Positions 36,020 to 48,769 of a stretch of DNA of 64,000 nucleotides are shown here, piece by piece. The DNA is from Heterostelium pallidum (lineage: Eukaryota): the NCBI RefSeq assembly GCF_000004825.1, contig NW_008805078.1, forward strand, positions 336,069-400,068, given 5' to 3'. The notes beneath the pieces are model-generated. The model searched no databases and was not told the origin of the DNA. It saw only the letters and a program-made list of their open reading frames with translations. Position numbers and translations under genes: made by a program. Position 1 is the first letter of the stretch, and each line of letters starts with the position of its first letter.

Positions 36020-38420
36020 CATAAAGTGAACGAAATGAAACAACAAATAGTTGGCAAGGAAATAAAATGAAATGACTAAGAGTATCAATTTTGATGTTTT
36101 GTTTGTGGAAATGTAAATCGACCCTCCGTCTAACAGAGAAATCGATACATCTCCCAACTGTAAAACAAACTCTAACAATATTATTATTAAAATGATTGGT
36201 ATGTTTGATGGTGATGATAAGTAGTTAAGTTGATAAACTAAATTTATATCTATTTAATAAATGAAATAGGAAGTGATTGACTGATTGACTGACTAATAGC
36301 TATTATTATTTAATTTATTTTTTTGATTATTAATTAATTTTTTGTTGGTTGTTGTTGTTTGGATGAATGATTGCAGAAGCAATAGAACGATGAAAATGAA
36401 AAATAATAAAAATCAAATGTTACAAGCACACAGCACACAATTAGAATTATCAAGAGAAAAAAAAATGACGACAAAAGGAGCCTGCTTGTGATTCTTAGAA
36501 AAATGGGCAACCAAACCAGATTGATGATTGTGATTTGATATTGATATTAACTTTGCAACCCGAAAAACAAAATTGTTTATAAATGATGATGATAAATCAT
36601 TAAAGAAACCAAACAAATTTGATATTTTGATTGAATTTGTTATAGTTGATATTACTATTGTTATGATTATTATTGTTTTATTAATGGAGATAAAGCAATA
36701 TTTAATTGAATTATTATTATTAATAAATATAATATATAAATAATAATATTTATTTTAAAAATATATAATTTTTTTTAAAATAAAAAATATAAAAAATATT
36801 TGTTATTGTTTGTATAGTTTGGTTGTTTTTGTGTAGGGTGTCTTGTTATTTGACTGTCAACAAGTTGGTTTGTTTTATTTGTTGGTGCAACAACTACTGA
36901 AGATAGCAATTTGATATCATAAATTATCAAATTTTAATGAATAATGATTGTTTGGTTGGTTGATTTTTTGTTTGATTTTGTTAATAGATTATTTTATATT
37001 TGTCTTTTTGTTGAATATTATTATTGTTATTGTTATAATTATTATTTATTTAGATAATAAAGTAAAAAAAGAGAGGTTATATAATTATATCTAATTCCCA
37101 AAAAATTAAAAATAAATGCAACAAATAGTAGTACTACTAGGAAATGTGCAATAAATAAATAACTAACTAATTTTTAGTTAAAATGCTTGATATTAACAGA
37201 GAGACTGACAGACAGACAATTAAAATGATTGCTTTTGGTAGTGGTGTTTCAGTAAAGCAAAGGGGTACACTGTGTTCACAAGAGGTAACAAGATTTTAAT
37301 AAGCAGCGCTGCTTATAAATAAATAAATTGAATAAATTCATAAATTAAAATATTAATTTAATTAATTTGTTTCTTTTTTTTTTTTTTTCTTTCTTTCTTT
37401 CCTTCTTTTTCAGTTTCACTATTGTGTATAATTATAATTTTGATGGCAAATCACCAAGCATTTGTTGGAGCCACAAAGTGTGCACACCCCACCTCTATAA
37501 TGAAGCATACTAATTATAATTATATAATAAGAGTGGGTGGTTTGATTGGTTGTTTGTTTGGTTGTTGGTTGGTTTAGTTTAGGATATTCAATTTGAAGTA
37601 ATAACAACCAATTTGACTATGATAATGCTGTAGCTATGTGGTTTCAGATTAGATTCTGATTGATATTATGATTAAAGAGTAAACCAATCTTGTTTTTGGT
37701 TGCTTTGATTTTGCATTTCAATGTTATTGTTGTTGTTGTAGTTGTTGTAGAGATAATTATTGAAATCTGCTTTTTTTGTTTGAATATGTTTGTATTTTTC
37801 ATCTTTTTCTTGTTCCTCTTGCTCTTTGCTCCACTGTCTTCACTAAGTTAGATTCTCATCTTTTGTTTGAAACTCACAACACATATATATAGAAACCACC
37901 ACCAACACATACACTTTTATTTATATATACAAATACTACTTTTCATTTATATATTTGATTTGGTATTGCATTCAAAAAAGGGGTTGGTTGCGTTGAGTGA
38001 TGAGTGATGATTGGATGTTGTGTTAATTATATCTAAAAGAGTTAAAGTGAATTTATAAATGATGATAAAAGTAGTAAAAGATAAGATTAATGGTATTGGT
38101 AGGCACTTTATCACCACCACCACCACCACCTGACTGTGAACACAATATAAGTGTTGTTGTTGTTGAGTTTGAAGTGAAGTGAAGTGAAGTGTAGTATAGT
38201 ATACTGGGTGTCTAATAAAGTCATAGACTATATCTATACTATGTGCCAACCACTTCCATTACAATTAAACTAATTGAATTTAAATGTTTTAAAAGAGTGA
38301 GTGAGAACTCACATATATGTGTGGTTTTGAAATGAAAAATCAGTTCTAACACCATCAACTATAACAATCACCCAAAAGAGTGTTGTGATTTCATTTTTGC
38401 AACCCACTGGTTACTGTATA

Positions 38421-38447
38421 TGTGTGTGTGTGTGAGTGTGTGTGTAA
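38421..38447. repeat. (GT)n microsatellite in a gene-poor region
   Basis: The sequence is gtgtgtgtgtgtgagtgtgtgtg. Nearby are (gagt)4-5 at 39116-39135, (gaagt)n at 38171-38190 and (cca)6 at 38113-38130. Confidence 0.7.
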
Positions 38448-40104
38448 ATGAATATGGTTGTCAACAGGATATATATATATATATTGATTACTATAACATA
38501 AATAGTGTATGGTTGTTTTTTTTTACTATAGTCTATGAAATTACAATTTCCAACTACATATATATCTACAAAATCGCTAGAATTGTTGCATATTTGGAAT
38601 CTGAATAAATATAGTGGTGTTCAAATAAAATAGTTGAATGTTTCACTTGTTTAAATTTCTTGATTTGATTTGTTGTCAATGACAATAACCGTAATGTAAC
38701 ATAATACTATTACAAAACTAAAATTATAAATTTTTACCTTTCTACAAATCATAAATATATCTTTCTTTTTCTTACTATTATTATTAATATTTGTGTGGTC
38801 AGTCAATCACAATATGTTATTATTATATTGTTTTCCATCGATAAGATTAAAAAAAAAAAAAACAAAACAAAACAATTTTTTTAATTTTCGATTGAAACAA
38901 AATGCTGCGGTAAAGACAATGACAATATTAGCTATGATAATGACAATTAATTGAGGTGAATCGATCAACCGATTAACCAAAGATAAATTAAAGTTTGATT
39001 GATTTCACTCGATATATAACCGTTCTACTTATTATTATTTAGTCTATTCAGTATAAAATTATTAACTTGTGATTTTTGATTCATTGCTTGATCAATGATG
39101 ATTGTGGTGTGGAGAGTGAGTGAGTGAGTGAGTGATCAGATTACTTTTTTTATAAATTTGATTACTGTTTAGTTAAACAACAAAAACAACAATAACAGCT
39201 ATCGTATTTTTAAAAAATAAAAGACGATTCCTTACTGCTATCGTAACGTTTATTCGTTATTACTTTACTTTTAATTTAATTTATAAATTATTTAGAATGA
39301 TGCTACTCTCTCAAAATAAAATATAAAATAAATTGTTTTTTGATTTATCTATTCTATGCCTATATATATATATATCTATCTAACTATCTAATTATTATAT
39401 AATACTCTGATATTCGTTTTTTTATTTTATTTTTATTTATTCTTTTTTTTTATTTCTATATATATATATATATTCTAAAATATGATATGTTTCAATGTAA
39501 TATTTACTAATTTACAACAAATATTTAATTATTTCTCTCTTTTTAAAAAAACATATATGTGGGGTGATGGTGTTGGGATCTGAAACCCAAACTTCACTTT
39601 CATATTTTGTCCAAACCAAAAACAATTAGTTTTAAAAGAAATTTAAAAAAAATTCGAATTTTTTTTTTTTTTTCGTTTACCTCCTAAGATTGAATCAAAA
39701 AAAAAAAAAAAAAACAAAACTTTTCGAAAAAAATGAGAACTTACTTAATATAGTTTATTGTAAATTAAAAGTTAAGAAGTCGTTTAATTTTAAATAGATA
39801 AAACACTATTTTTGATGTAAATAAAACCTTTAAACAAAAAAATAATAATAATAAATACTTAACACTTTGTTTAAAGCTTCATCTATCATTGATGTGTTTT
39901 ATTTCAACGAACGAAAAAATCAAAATAAAAAATAAAATAAAAAAATAATATAAATAGTAAGTAAGGTAAAAAGTGAGAAAAATAAAGATTGTTGGTGATT
40001 TAAAAGGTTATTCAACCTTACAAATTTAAAATAACATATTTATTTATAAATAAGTGAGAATCGTTTTATTTTTTTTATTTTATTTTTTAAATTATTTTTA
40101 ATTA

Positions 40105-41910
40105 TTATTTTTTTCGTTTTCCAGACTCTATTCTCTTCTTTATTTGCGACATTGTTGAAGTTGTGGTTTTGTTGTTATTCTTGTTTGCTGATGATTGTTG
40201 TTTTACTAGTAAATTATTTGACTGCTTTCTTTTGTTTTGATTCAAATCTTTTAGTTTCTTCTGAATCATATTCATATTTGTTGTTTTGACTGACGATGAT
40301 TTAATGTTGTTGTTGTTGTTGTTGTTAGTCTTTGAAAAATCATTTGAAATATCTATTTCTTCTTCATCATTATCATCATCATCCTCATCATCATCCTCAT
40401 CATCATCATCATCATCATCTTCATCTTCCTCATCATCATCGTCTTCATGATCATGATCATGATCTTCAATTTCAACTTCCTCTTGTTCATCCAACATGAT
40501 TGGATCCTCCCATGTCTTCCAAACTTCGACACCCATATTCATTTCTTTGTCGGTGAGAAGGCATTCATTTAGTTCCTTCTCGATCGATGCTCTGTCCATG
40601 AGTGCCGTTCCAATGAAGACGACCTCTTGTCTACGATCACCATGTGGTTCCACCCATGACTTCATGATCGACTCGACCATGTCTTTTTCTGGGTACTCGT
40701 GCTTCTCCAAGTCGGCCAACCAGTAGCCTGCTTGTGTTAGAGTCAGACCGGTACCGGCGATACACCAGAGTCCAATGAGTTGAGGAGTGGTGGCAACCCA
40801 CATAAATCCTTTCGATCGTAATACACCATTGAATATCTTTCCACCATTCATAATAACATTCTCCAAACGCATCGGGTGGAATGGTCTTCTGGCACGAAAG
40901 ACAAAGTTACTGATACCATATTCAAGAGTCTCTGGTGTGTGGGTGCCTCTCATTTCTTGTAGCCAACCTGGATGCTCCGATGCTCTCTTAAAGTCAAACA
41001 AACCAGTGTTGAGAATCTCTTTCAATGGCACTTTAGAATACTCTGACCGCATAACTTTGGCATCAGGATTGATGTGTTTGATCAATCCTTCGATTAAATC
41101 AACATCTTTTGGCTCTACCAAATCCATTTTATTTAAAATAATAATATTGGCAAACTCTACCTATTTATTTTTGTAGTTAGTATTGATTTGTTTTTGATTT
41201 TTAAAGATAGTTAATGTACTTACTTGGTCAATTAATAGATCAACAATAGTTCTTTCATCTTCTTCAGATGCCGCCATCTTCTTATCTTGTAGAGTTTCAC
41301 TACTATTGTATTCAGAAAGCCAGGTAGAGCAATCAACTACAGTAACCATGGTGTCAAGCTTGGTCAACTCGTGAATGGTCTCTTGGTTTTTATCATCATC
41401 AAACGTAAATGTCTCGGCAACTGGCAATGGTTCGGAAATTCCAGATGATTCTATGAGCAAATAATCAAATTTACCAGTTTTGGCCAACTTTAGGATTTCA
41501 ATGAGAAGATCCTCTCTAAGAGTACAACATATACAACCATTTTGCATCTCTACCATCTTTTCAACAGTCTTTTCTTTTGGAGTGGTTCTGGATATAGAGA
41601 AATCAGAATTTACCAATCTTGCATCAATATTCACTATTTTAAAAGAAATAGAAAAAAAATTAGTTTATTAGAAATAATTTTTATAATTTATTTAATTTTA
41701 CTTACCATCACTCATATCATTAACAATCACAGCTACCTTCAAGCCTTCTTGATTATTTAAAATATGATTTAAAAGAGTTGTCTTTCCACTACCAAGAAAT
41801 CCAGATAAAACAGTAACTGGTAATTTCTTTTGGTTTCTCTTTCTAAGAGAATGGACTCTTTGAAGATATTTATTTGTATTATTTTTAATTTTTTTTGTAG
41901 ATGGTGACAT
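40105..41910 (-). CDS. COBW-domain (CobW/HypB/UreG-family, ZNG1-like) GTPase with a His/Asp/Glu-rich C-terminal tract
   Basis: Exons are 41706-41910, 41233-41633 and 40105-41160, joined by GTAAGT..TAG introns. Walker A is [16 protein letters not shown]. The CxCC metal motif is GCICCT. Switch and NKxD-like elements are present (IILNKMDL). The acidic tail reads [34 protein letters not shown]. Confidence 0.8.
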
Positions 41911-42250
41911 TTCTATTTAAAAGGATAGTAATAGTTATATTAGAACTATATTCTATTTCCAGTTTTGTATTTATAGTTACCTGATGATCTTGGAAATTTT
42001 GTGAAAAACCGAGTGAAGCAAAGTGAAGTAGTCAGGCGTGATTTTTTTACAGAGTGAACAAAATTCACTTTGCTGTCAAAAAATGAAGTGACCGACGAAG
42101 TATTAGATTTTTTTTAATAATCATATAGCAATTGTAAACATTTGAATTATATTTAACCTTCTTTTATTATTTTTTTTTTTAAAAACTATTTACAATGATT
42201 TATTGTTTTTGGGGGAGTTGAGGAGGAAGTTATTTAAATATATACAAACT

Positions 42251-43129
42251 TTATTTGGTGCCAATGGCGACAGCGCATCTTACGTGTAAATTCATTTTAC
42301 CATTTGGGAACATTGATTGAAGTTCGTCTCTAATTGCAAAGTGGAATAGATCTTTCTTCTCTACTGGTAAGTATGATTGGAACATTTTGATGAGTGGATG
42401 TTCCTTGAAGAACTCCATCATATTATCTATTGGCAATGGCATTACTTTAATGAAGGTATGTACTTTGAATGAATGGAAACCGGCTTTCTCAAAGGATTCT
42501 CTTAAAAATTCACCATCACCCAATGTAATTCTCTTGATAGCTTCATCTGGCATCTCATCTTCAGAGATACGACGATATGATCTCTGCATCCAAGTAAAGA
42601 ATTCACAGTCATATGGCCAAGATGTAATAGTTGCTTTTCCACCCTTTTTGACAACTCTATGTAACTCCTTAAGACCCTTGTCACGATCGCTGAATAGGAT
42701 CAAACCGAATGCCGAGTATACATAGTCAAATTGGTTGTCCTCCAGTTGTAGATCCTCACCATTCATACAAGCAGAACTGATATTGTTAAAACCTTGGGAT
42801 TCAATCTTTAGTTGCTCCAACATTCCTGGAGAGATATCGATGCCCATAATCGAGCCACCAGCTGGTGCAATTCTTTGGGCAGCAGGAATTGTGAGGGCAC
42901 CATATCCGCAGGCAACATCCAAAAGTTTGAGTGGTTGCTGAACGTCCTTACCAATTGTGAGATCCAGAGCATCCAAACAATATTGAGTGGTGAAAGCAAC
43001 TGGTTTCAAAATTTGTCTATATGCAGTGGATGCAACTCCCCATAATTTGGCACGTTCTTTTTGATCGTGTTGATCTTTATACTCGCATGTTGTTGAATTT
43101 TTATTAATTACAATTACGTTGGAAATCAT
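42251..43129 (-). CDS. Class I SAM-dependent methyltransferase
   Basis: Single exon, 292 aa. Motif I is LLDVACGYGALT. A motif post-I acidic residue follows, then KKGGKATI at motif III. Confidence 0.6.
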   Translation of the reverse strand: MISNVIVINKNSTTCEYKDQHDQKERAKLWGVASTAYRQILKPVAFTTQYCLDALDLTIGKDVQQPLKLLDVACGYGALTIPAAQRIAPAGGSIMGIDISPGMLEQLKIESQGFNNISSACMNGEDLQLEDNQFDYVYSAFGLILFSDRDKGLKELHRVVKKGGKATITSWPYDCEFFTWMQRSYRRISEDEMPDEAIKRITLGDGEFLRESFEKAGFHSFKVHTFIKVMPLPIDNMMEFFKEHPLIKMFQSYLPVEKKDLFHFAIRDELQSMFPNGKMNLHVRCAVAIGTK

Positions 43130-44892
43130 TCTTGGATTATTTTATTAATTTAATACACAAAAAAAATATAGCAAATAAAAGATTGTTGTAGAAATTATTT
43201 ATTATTATTTTATTATTAAATAAATAGAAAAAAGATAATTACTATTAAGTTTGATTATTAATTTATTTCCAATGATATTTAATTAAATGATTATTTGTTT
43301 TGTTTTTTTTTAGTATCCAATAACTAAAAAGTTTTGGGATTGTTATAATTGTTATTTACAATTTTTATTTGATAGAATTGAATAACTATTTATAGGTTGT
43401 CGAAACCAGAGCGGTGATGTCCAACATCATTGAATTACCGTTTGTTTGACTTGCTTTTTTTTGGGTTGTTTTAATATTGTTATTTTTTTCAAAAGTTTAA
43501 ACTATGAGGATTGTAGTTGGAGGTTGGTAATTCCAAGGAAACTGTTGGTGATTTTCTGGATCGAATAGATAGATATTTTAAACAAAAAATACCACTTTTA
43601 ATAATGTAGACTTCAGTTGGTGATTAATTAAAAAGAAAAAAAATTCATATATCCTGATGGTAAGCTATGTATTTACAGATCATTAGAATTTTTAGTTTCA
43701 ATTGTTTTACCATTTTTTTGTTTAGTGTGTGTGCTTGTGTGTTATGAATTAATTGATTGTATGTATGTGTGGAATGTTACTTGTGGTCTGGGTTGAATTA
43801 ATTGATACACAGTATTTATTTTTTTTGTGATTGTTTTGTTTGTGGTGTTTGTGAGTGTGTTAGTGGATTGATTTTAGATTCTGTGTAATAGCAATAATGT
43901 TCTACAATCACCATAACAAGTAAAATACAACTGTATTTAAAAGATCAAGATTCTTTGTAGTAGTAGAGCAATATATACTAATGCTAAGGTGTATGTAATT
44001 TGTTAAAAGTTATTTATCAATAGTTTCTGTTTTCTTAATGATCTATTAATAATTAGATTGTGTGTTTGTGTGTGTTGAAAGTAGTTATTTGTGTATGATC
44101 AAAAATTTGCTTCATTCATTTGATGATTTAATGATGATGATGATGGTGATGATCTAGATGAATGTTATTATTATTATTATGTTTTATAAATGTTATTAAA
44201 GTGGTTGGTGTGGTTACAATTGATGACCGTTATGACAATCTGTTAAATAATCTATCATCCAATCAAAAGTGTGTGATCGAGTAGAGGAGTTCTGAAATAC
44301 CAATACAGTGTATAACAATGATATCCTACTAGAGTAATCTAATCAATGTTTAATAGACCTTAGTTGTACCAATGTGTTTAAATACCAATACAATTCTCTA
44401 AATCTCTTAGGTTAACCATACACCACCACAGTACTGTTTTTACTATTATGTTAAAAGTCTATTCATATGATACGAACCGACACTACCAAACATTGTTACA
44501 AAAACGCATTAAGTATGTTATACTTTCATTGGCCAAACAATTCATCAACTCTGCTAGTATACTAATGTTATATATGATTGGTAGATAATTCTGTCTAACA
44601 AAATGTAATGTAATTAACGAATACCAATGTTAAGTTAAAATGGAGTGACGACGTTTCCGTAGCAATCCAATGCTTTTATTTTCCCAACTTGATCAGAAAT
44701 AATGAATTCTTATTCAGTCAATTTTTTTGGCGACACTTCAAAATTTTATTTAAATAATAATTTTATTATTATATTAATATGAGTGATATTCATGATGATT
44801 ATACTATACTGTTGATATGATTTGAAGAGGAGAGGTTCTAAAGATATATCTTAAATTGAGCAGTATTAAAGGATTTTTAAACTTTATATTGT

Positions 44893-45998
44893 TTAAGATG
44901 CTAATTCAGTTGGAGGTTCAGTCAAAATCTTACAGACATCGGTCAATGATAGAATGGAAATGGGTTTTCTGTTTCTATCGACAATCCAAACTCTGTGTAT
45001 TTTGAATTTTGCCAACATTTCAATTGCATCCTTAAATGTATCTTTTACACCTAATATAATTGGATATGCTGGTTTCTAATTTAATTGATTTTTAACCAAT
45101 TAGTTTTTGTTTGATAAAATAATTTTAATAATTCTAAAGTAATAAAGATATTTACATGTTTGTTTTGATCAATGAAAACATTTCTAGAGATAAACTTCTC
45201 TGTTGATTGAAGTAAGAGGTCTATGTTCTCTTCGTTGATACTACTGAGATCGTTTATAGAGAGAGTACCTACGATTGAGCCATTCTCGTGGTCGAGCACA
45301 GGCACAGCGGTAACACCGGCATCATTCATTTTCTGGAATGATCTGATAACTAGCTCCGATGAACTGGTGGTTACTAACTCCGATTGGTGAACCAAATGAT
45401 CCAAGAGATCTTCGATCTTCTTGTTGGCAAGCGATCCCAAGACACTTACATTCGAGGCAATGAACGATACTACACACGATTGACTAACGATATCGTCGAT
45501 GTCACTGAATACAGAGAGCAAAGCAACTCTATGTACACCCTTGGCATAGACCTTCATGACCTCAAACATACTCTGTTCCTCGAGAACCACAGTGAATTGA
45601 TCCTTCTTTGACAGATCCATAATATTGGCGACACTAGACGACAAGAACCCAATGGAAATTAATCTAAGATCACTTGTTTGTCTGTCAACATTCTTTGTTA
45701 ACTTTGCCAAAAGTGCCAATACATCATTTGTATCAACAAATCCAATTACTCTATTTCTTCCTATTTTTAAAAAATTATAAAATAAATAAAATTGTTTTTT
45801 AAAAACAAAACAATTAATTAAAAATTGATTACCTGTATCAGGATTAACAACAGGACATGATGTTAAACTATGTTTATGTAAAACCTTAAGTAATTCTTCA
45901 ACTGTTGCTGTGTTTGGAACTGCAATTAATGGATCCTTACTAATGATATCTGCAATCGATGTTTTAATAAATACATTTTTATCATATTCTTCGGTCAT
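44893..45998 (-). CDS. CBS-domain protein with four CBS motifs (AMPK-gamma or SDS23-like)
   Basis: Exons are 45833-45998, 45156-45760 and 44893-45075. Introns are GTAATC..TAG and GTAAAT..TAG, the latter 80 nt. Repeated CBS signatures include VIGFVDTNDVLALL, VTAVPVLDHENGSIVGTLSINDL and IHRVWIVDRNRKPISILSLTDV. Confidence 0.55.
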
Positions 45999-47000
45999 TT
46001 TTTTATTTATATTTTATTCTTACTATATATATAAATAAATAAAAATAAAAGATGATAATAGATGATATATGATTGTAATAAAAAAAAAATTAAAAATTAA
46101 AAAAAATTAATATAAAAAGAAATTAATTTTATTCCAAAAAAGGATCTGCTGTTGTGGTGTTTAAGTGTTTAATAAAATGTCAATAAGTGGGGTTAAAAAT
46201 ATAAAAAATATTTTGATTTTTAAATTAATAATACTTTGTTCTAATGTTATTCGAATCAATGAAGCAATGGATAAATATTTATTATTCTAATATAATGTAC
46301 TTTTTATATTATTAAAAATAATAACATTTCACTGCAATTTAATAAATTTATCTTTTTATTTTTAACTTTTTTTTTCTTTTTGAAAATTCAGAGGCAAGTT
46401 GTGTATGAAGTTCAAGGTTTGTTAGACCTTTGAGTATAAAGTCAAGAAATAATTTAATTTATTTTCTATTTCATTATTTTTGGAAATGAGAAGACTTCTT
46501 GTCTTCTTTGAAAATATGAACAATGACAGTGACTTTTTTTCTATATTTAATGGTGAATTCAATAAAAAGTCACAATTATTGTTCATATTTTCACAATTAA
46601 AGATTTAGTTTCTCTTTTAAAAAAACTATATATTTTTTTATATTTTTTTTCTATAAATTATATTAAAAGTTCAATCTTTTTATTGATTTTATTGGTAAAG
46701 TACTTCTTGATCTCTTGGAGATTGACTTGGTATTACTTTTGCTCGTTGAACAATGTTGTTCTTAAAATACTAAATCAACTCTAGAGGTACTCTTGGTCAG
46801 AGTCTGTGCAATACAAGTGATATTAAATACCAAGAATGTCAAACGAGAGAACAGTAGTTTTTCGTCATCAACTAATGTTTTTATTGATCAATTGGATGAT
46901 TTCAATAGTAATAATAGAATTAAATAAAATATAATCGATGACCACGATGATGATGCACCAATGGAATGTAGTACACCAATGGTTTTATTTTATTTTATAA

Positions 47001-47876
47001 TTATAGTTCACTAACTAAATGCATATGTGCGTCAGTACTTATGGTTAAACCAACGATAACTTTACCATTGAAAACACCAACACCTGGATCCTGAAACATA
47101 TCACTTGTGTTGACAACTTGATCGGCAGACCAAACACCAAGATTGTTACATGTGACAACATGAAGTTTGGCATTGGTTGGATGACGATGTACTAAAACCA
47201 GTTTACTTGCAGTGGCTGTTAGTTTTGGATCACCTGATACTTGGACATTTGGAATGAGTGTTGGAGTGGTCCAAGTGTTGGTATCTGATGTGCTTGTAAC
47301 ATAGACACCATTACCCAAAGCGGTATTGCGGAATACAATGTATATCTTTCCATTGAATGTTGCCATCGATGGTGATCCAGTTATTGTGATACCCGGTACT
47401 TCTTTATAACTCCAATTGGAAGCTACACCATCGGGTGAGGATGCAAGTAGCAACTTTCCATTGTTATTCGGTCCATGATAAGCAAGGTACATAAGGTTGT
47501 TGAAAACCGTTGCAGATGGTGAATTGGACGATTTCCATTCAGGAAGACCATGAATTGGGTTATCCTGTGTCACAGAGTTACCAGTCACTTTTACATAATT
47601 CAGATCACCACTACTATTTGGACTTCCATTATGGAAACCGTATATAATTGAATTGAACACAATAGCAGCTGGAGAGAATGTCGTCTGTACATCTACAAAC
47701 TGGGCATCAGCGGTCCAAGTAATTAAATCATTGGATTTGGTGTACCAAAGCTCATGATTATTTTCATAACCATGATGAATACAGTACACTGTACCACCTA
47801 ATTGTATGTAGGCTGGTGAATCAGTAATTCCATAATAGCTTGGAGTTGTTATTATAGTTTCTGGTTTAAAATTCAT
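47001..47876 (-). CDS. BNR/Asp-box beta-propeller protein (sialidase-like fold), tandem paralogue 1
   Basis: 291 aa. Asp-box-like motifs are TKSNDLITWTA, SSPDGVASNWSY and TSTSDTNTWTT, with periodic W-ending blades. No signal peptide is obvious. Confidence 0.5.
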   Translation of the reverse strand: MNFKPETIITTPSYYGITDSPAYIQLGGTVYCIHHGYENNHELWYTKSNDLITWTADAQFVDVQTTFSPAAIVFNSIIYGFHNGSPNSSGDLNYVKVTGNSVTQDNPIHGLPEWKSSNSPSATVFNNLMYLAYHGPNNNGKLLLASSPDGVASNWSYKEVPGITITGSPSMATFNGKIYIVFRNTALGNGVYVTSTSDTNTWTTPTLIPNVQVSGDPKLTATASKLVLVHRHPTNAKLHVVTCNNLGVWSADQVVNTSDMFQDPGVGVFNGKVIVGLTISTDAHMHLVSEL

Positions 47877-48769
47877 ATTTTAATTGTTATATTATTAAAT
47901 AAAGAAAAATAAATAAATATTTATTTGGTTGTTTTTAGGTTATTTATTTGAATATAATAAAGAATGTATTTGAAATTAGAATTAATAATATTGAATTGAT
48001 TTGATTTTCTACTTGTTTCTTTACTGTTATTTATAGTTTTTGTCTTTCATATTCAATCAAATTCGATGCAATCAAAATAATGATCCAAGTTTGCAGATTT
48101 TGACTTATTTACAAACCCCAACAACTTTTTTAAGAATTCATAGAAATTTTTTTTTTTTTTTTTGATTTGTAATTTGCTCCTACCCTGTTCAAAAAATTGT
48201 TTCAACCTCGAACTCTCATAATCTACACCATTTATTAATATTTAATAATATCAATTTTATGTTTAAAAAAAATCAATTTGCTTTTGTTTTGAGTCAGAAG
48301 TTTATCCAATCAAAACTCAAAAGAGTTTTTTTTGTAAATTTCCACTTTCTGGTTGATGAAATAGATCTGATAGATTTGCTATCAAAAAAGTTTCACTATT
48401 CTGTTAATATATTTGATATTTATTTTTTAAGTATTTTTATAAAGAAACTCATAGACATATCTTCTTAACCATTCCTTTTATAGGAGGTTATATTTTTTCC
48501 AATAATATATATTTGAGTAAACTTAGTAGACAATGAGGTTAAAAAATAAATAATTTATTTATTTAATACAAAGGAGTGTCCAAAAATTATATAAAACAAC
48601 CGTTTTATTTTAATAATGAAATGAATCCTAAAGTTTAAAATTTAATATGACTTATGAAATAAAAGAAATGTATTGAACAAAATTAAAATGAGAAATTGAG
48701 TTCACCAATAAATATTGATAACAAATTAATTTAAAAACAAATTGGAAATGTTTATTATTTATTTTATAT

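Noticed and set aside
40105-43129. Reading the co-directional minus-strand run COBW GTPase, methyltransferase, CBS protein as an operon-like metal-handling cluster
   Set aside because: Each gene has its own AT-rich promoter spacer, introns and polyadenylation-type 3' flank. Eukaryotic genes are not polycistronic here, and functional linkage cannot be inferred from adjacency alone.
44440-44520. Minus-strand tggtagtgtcggttcgtatc, considered as a tRNA gene
   Set aside because: A T-arm-like GGTTCG is present but I cannot build acceptor, D and anticodon stems around it. It is reported only as part of the candidate ncRNA block.
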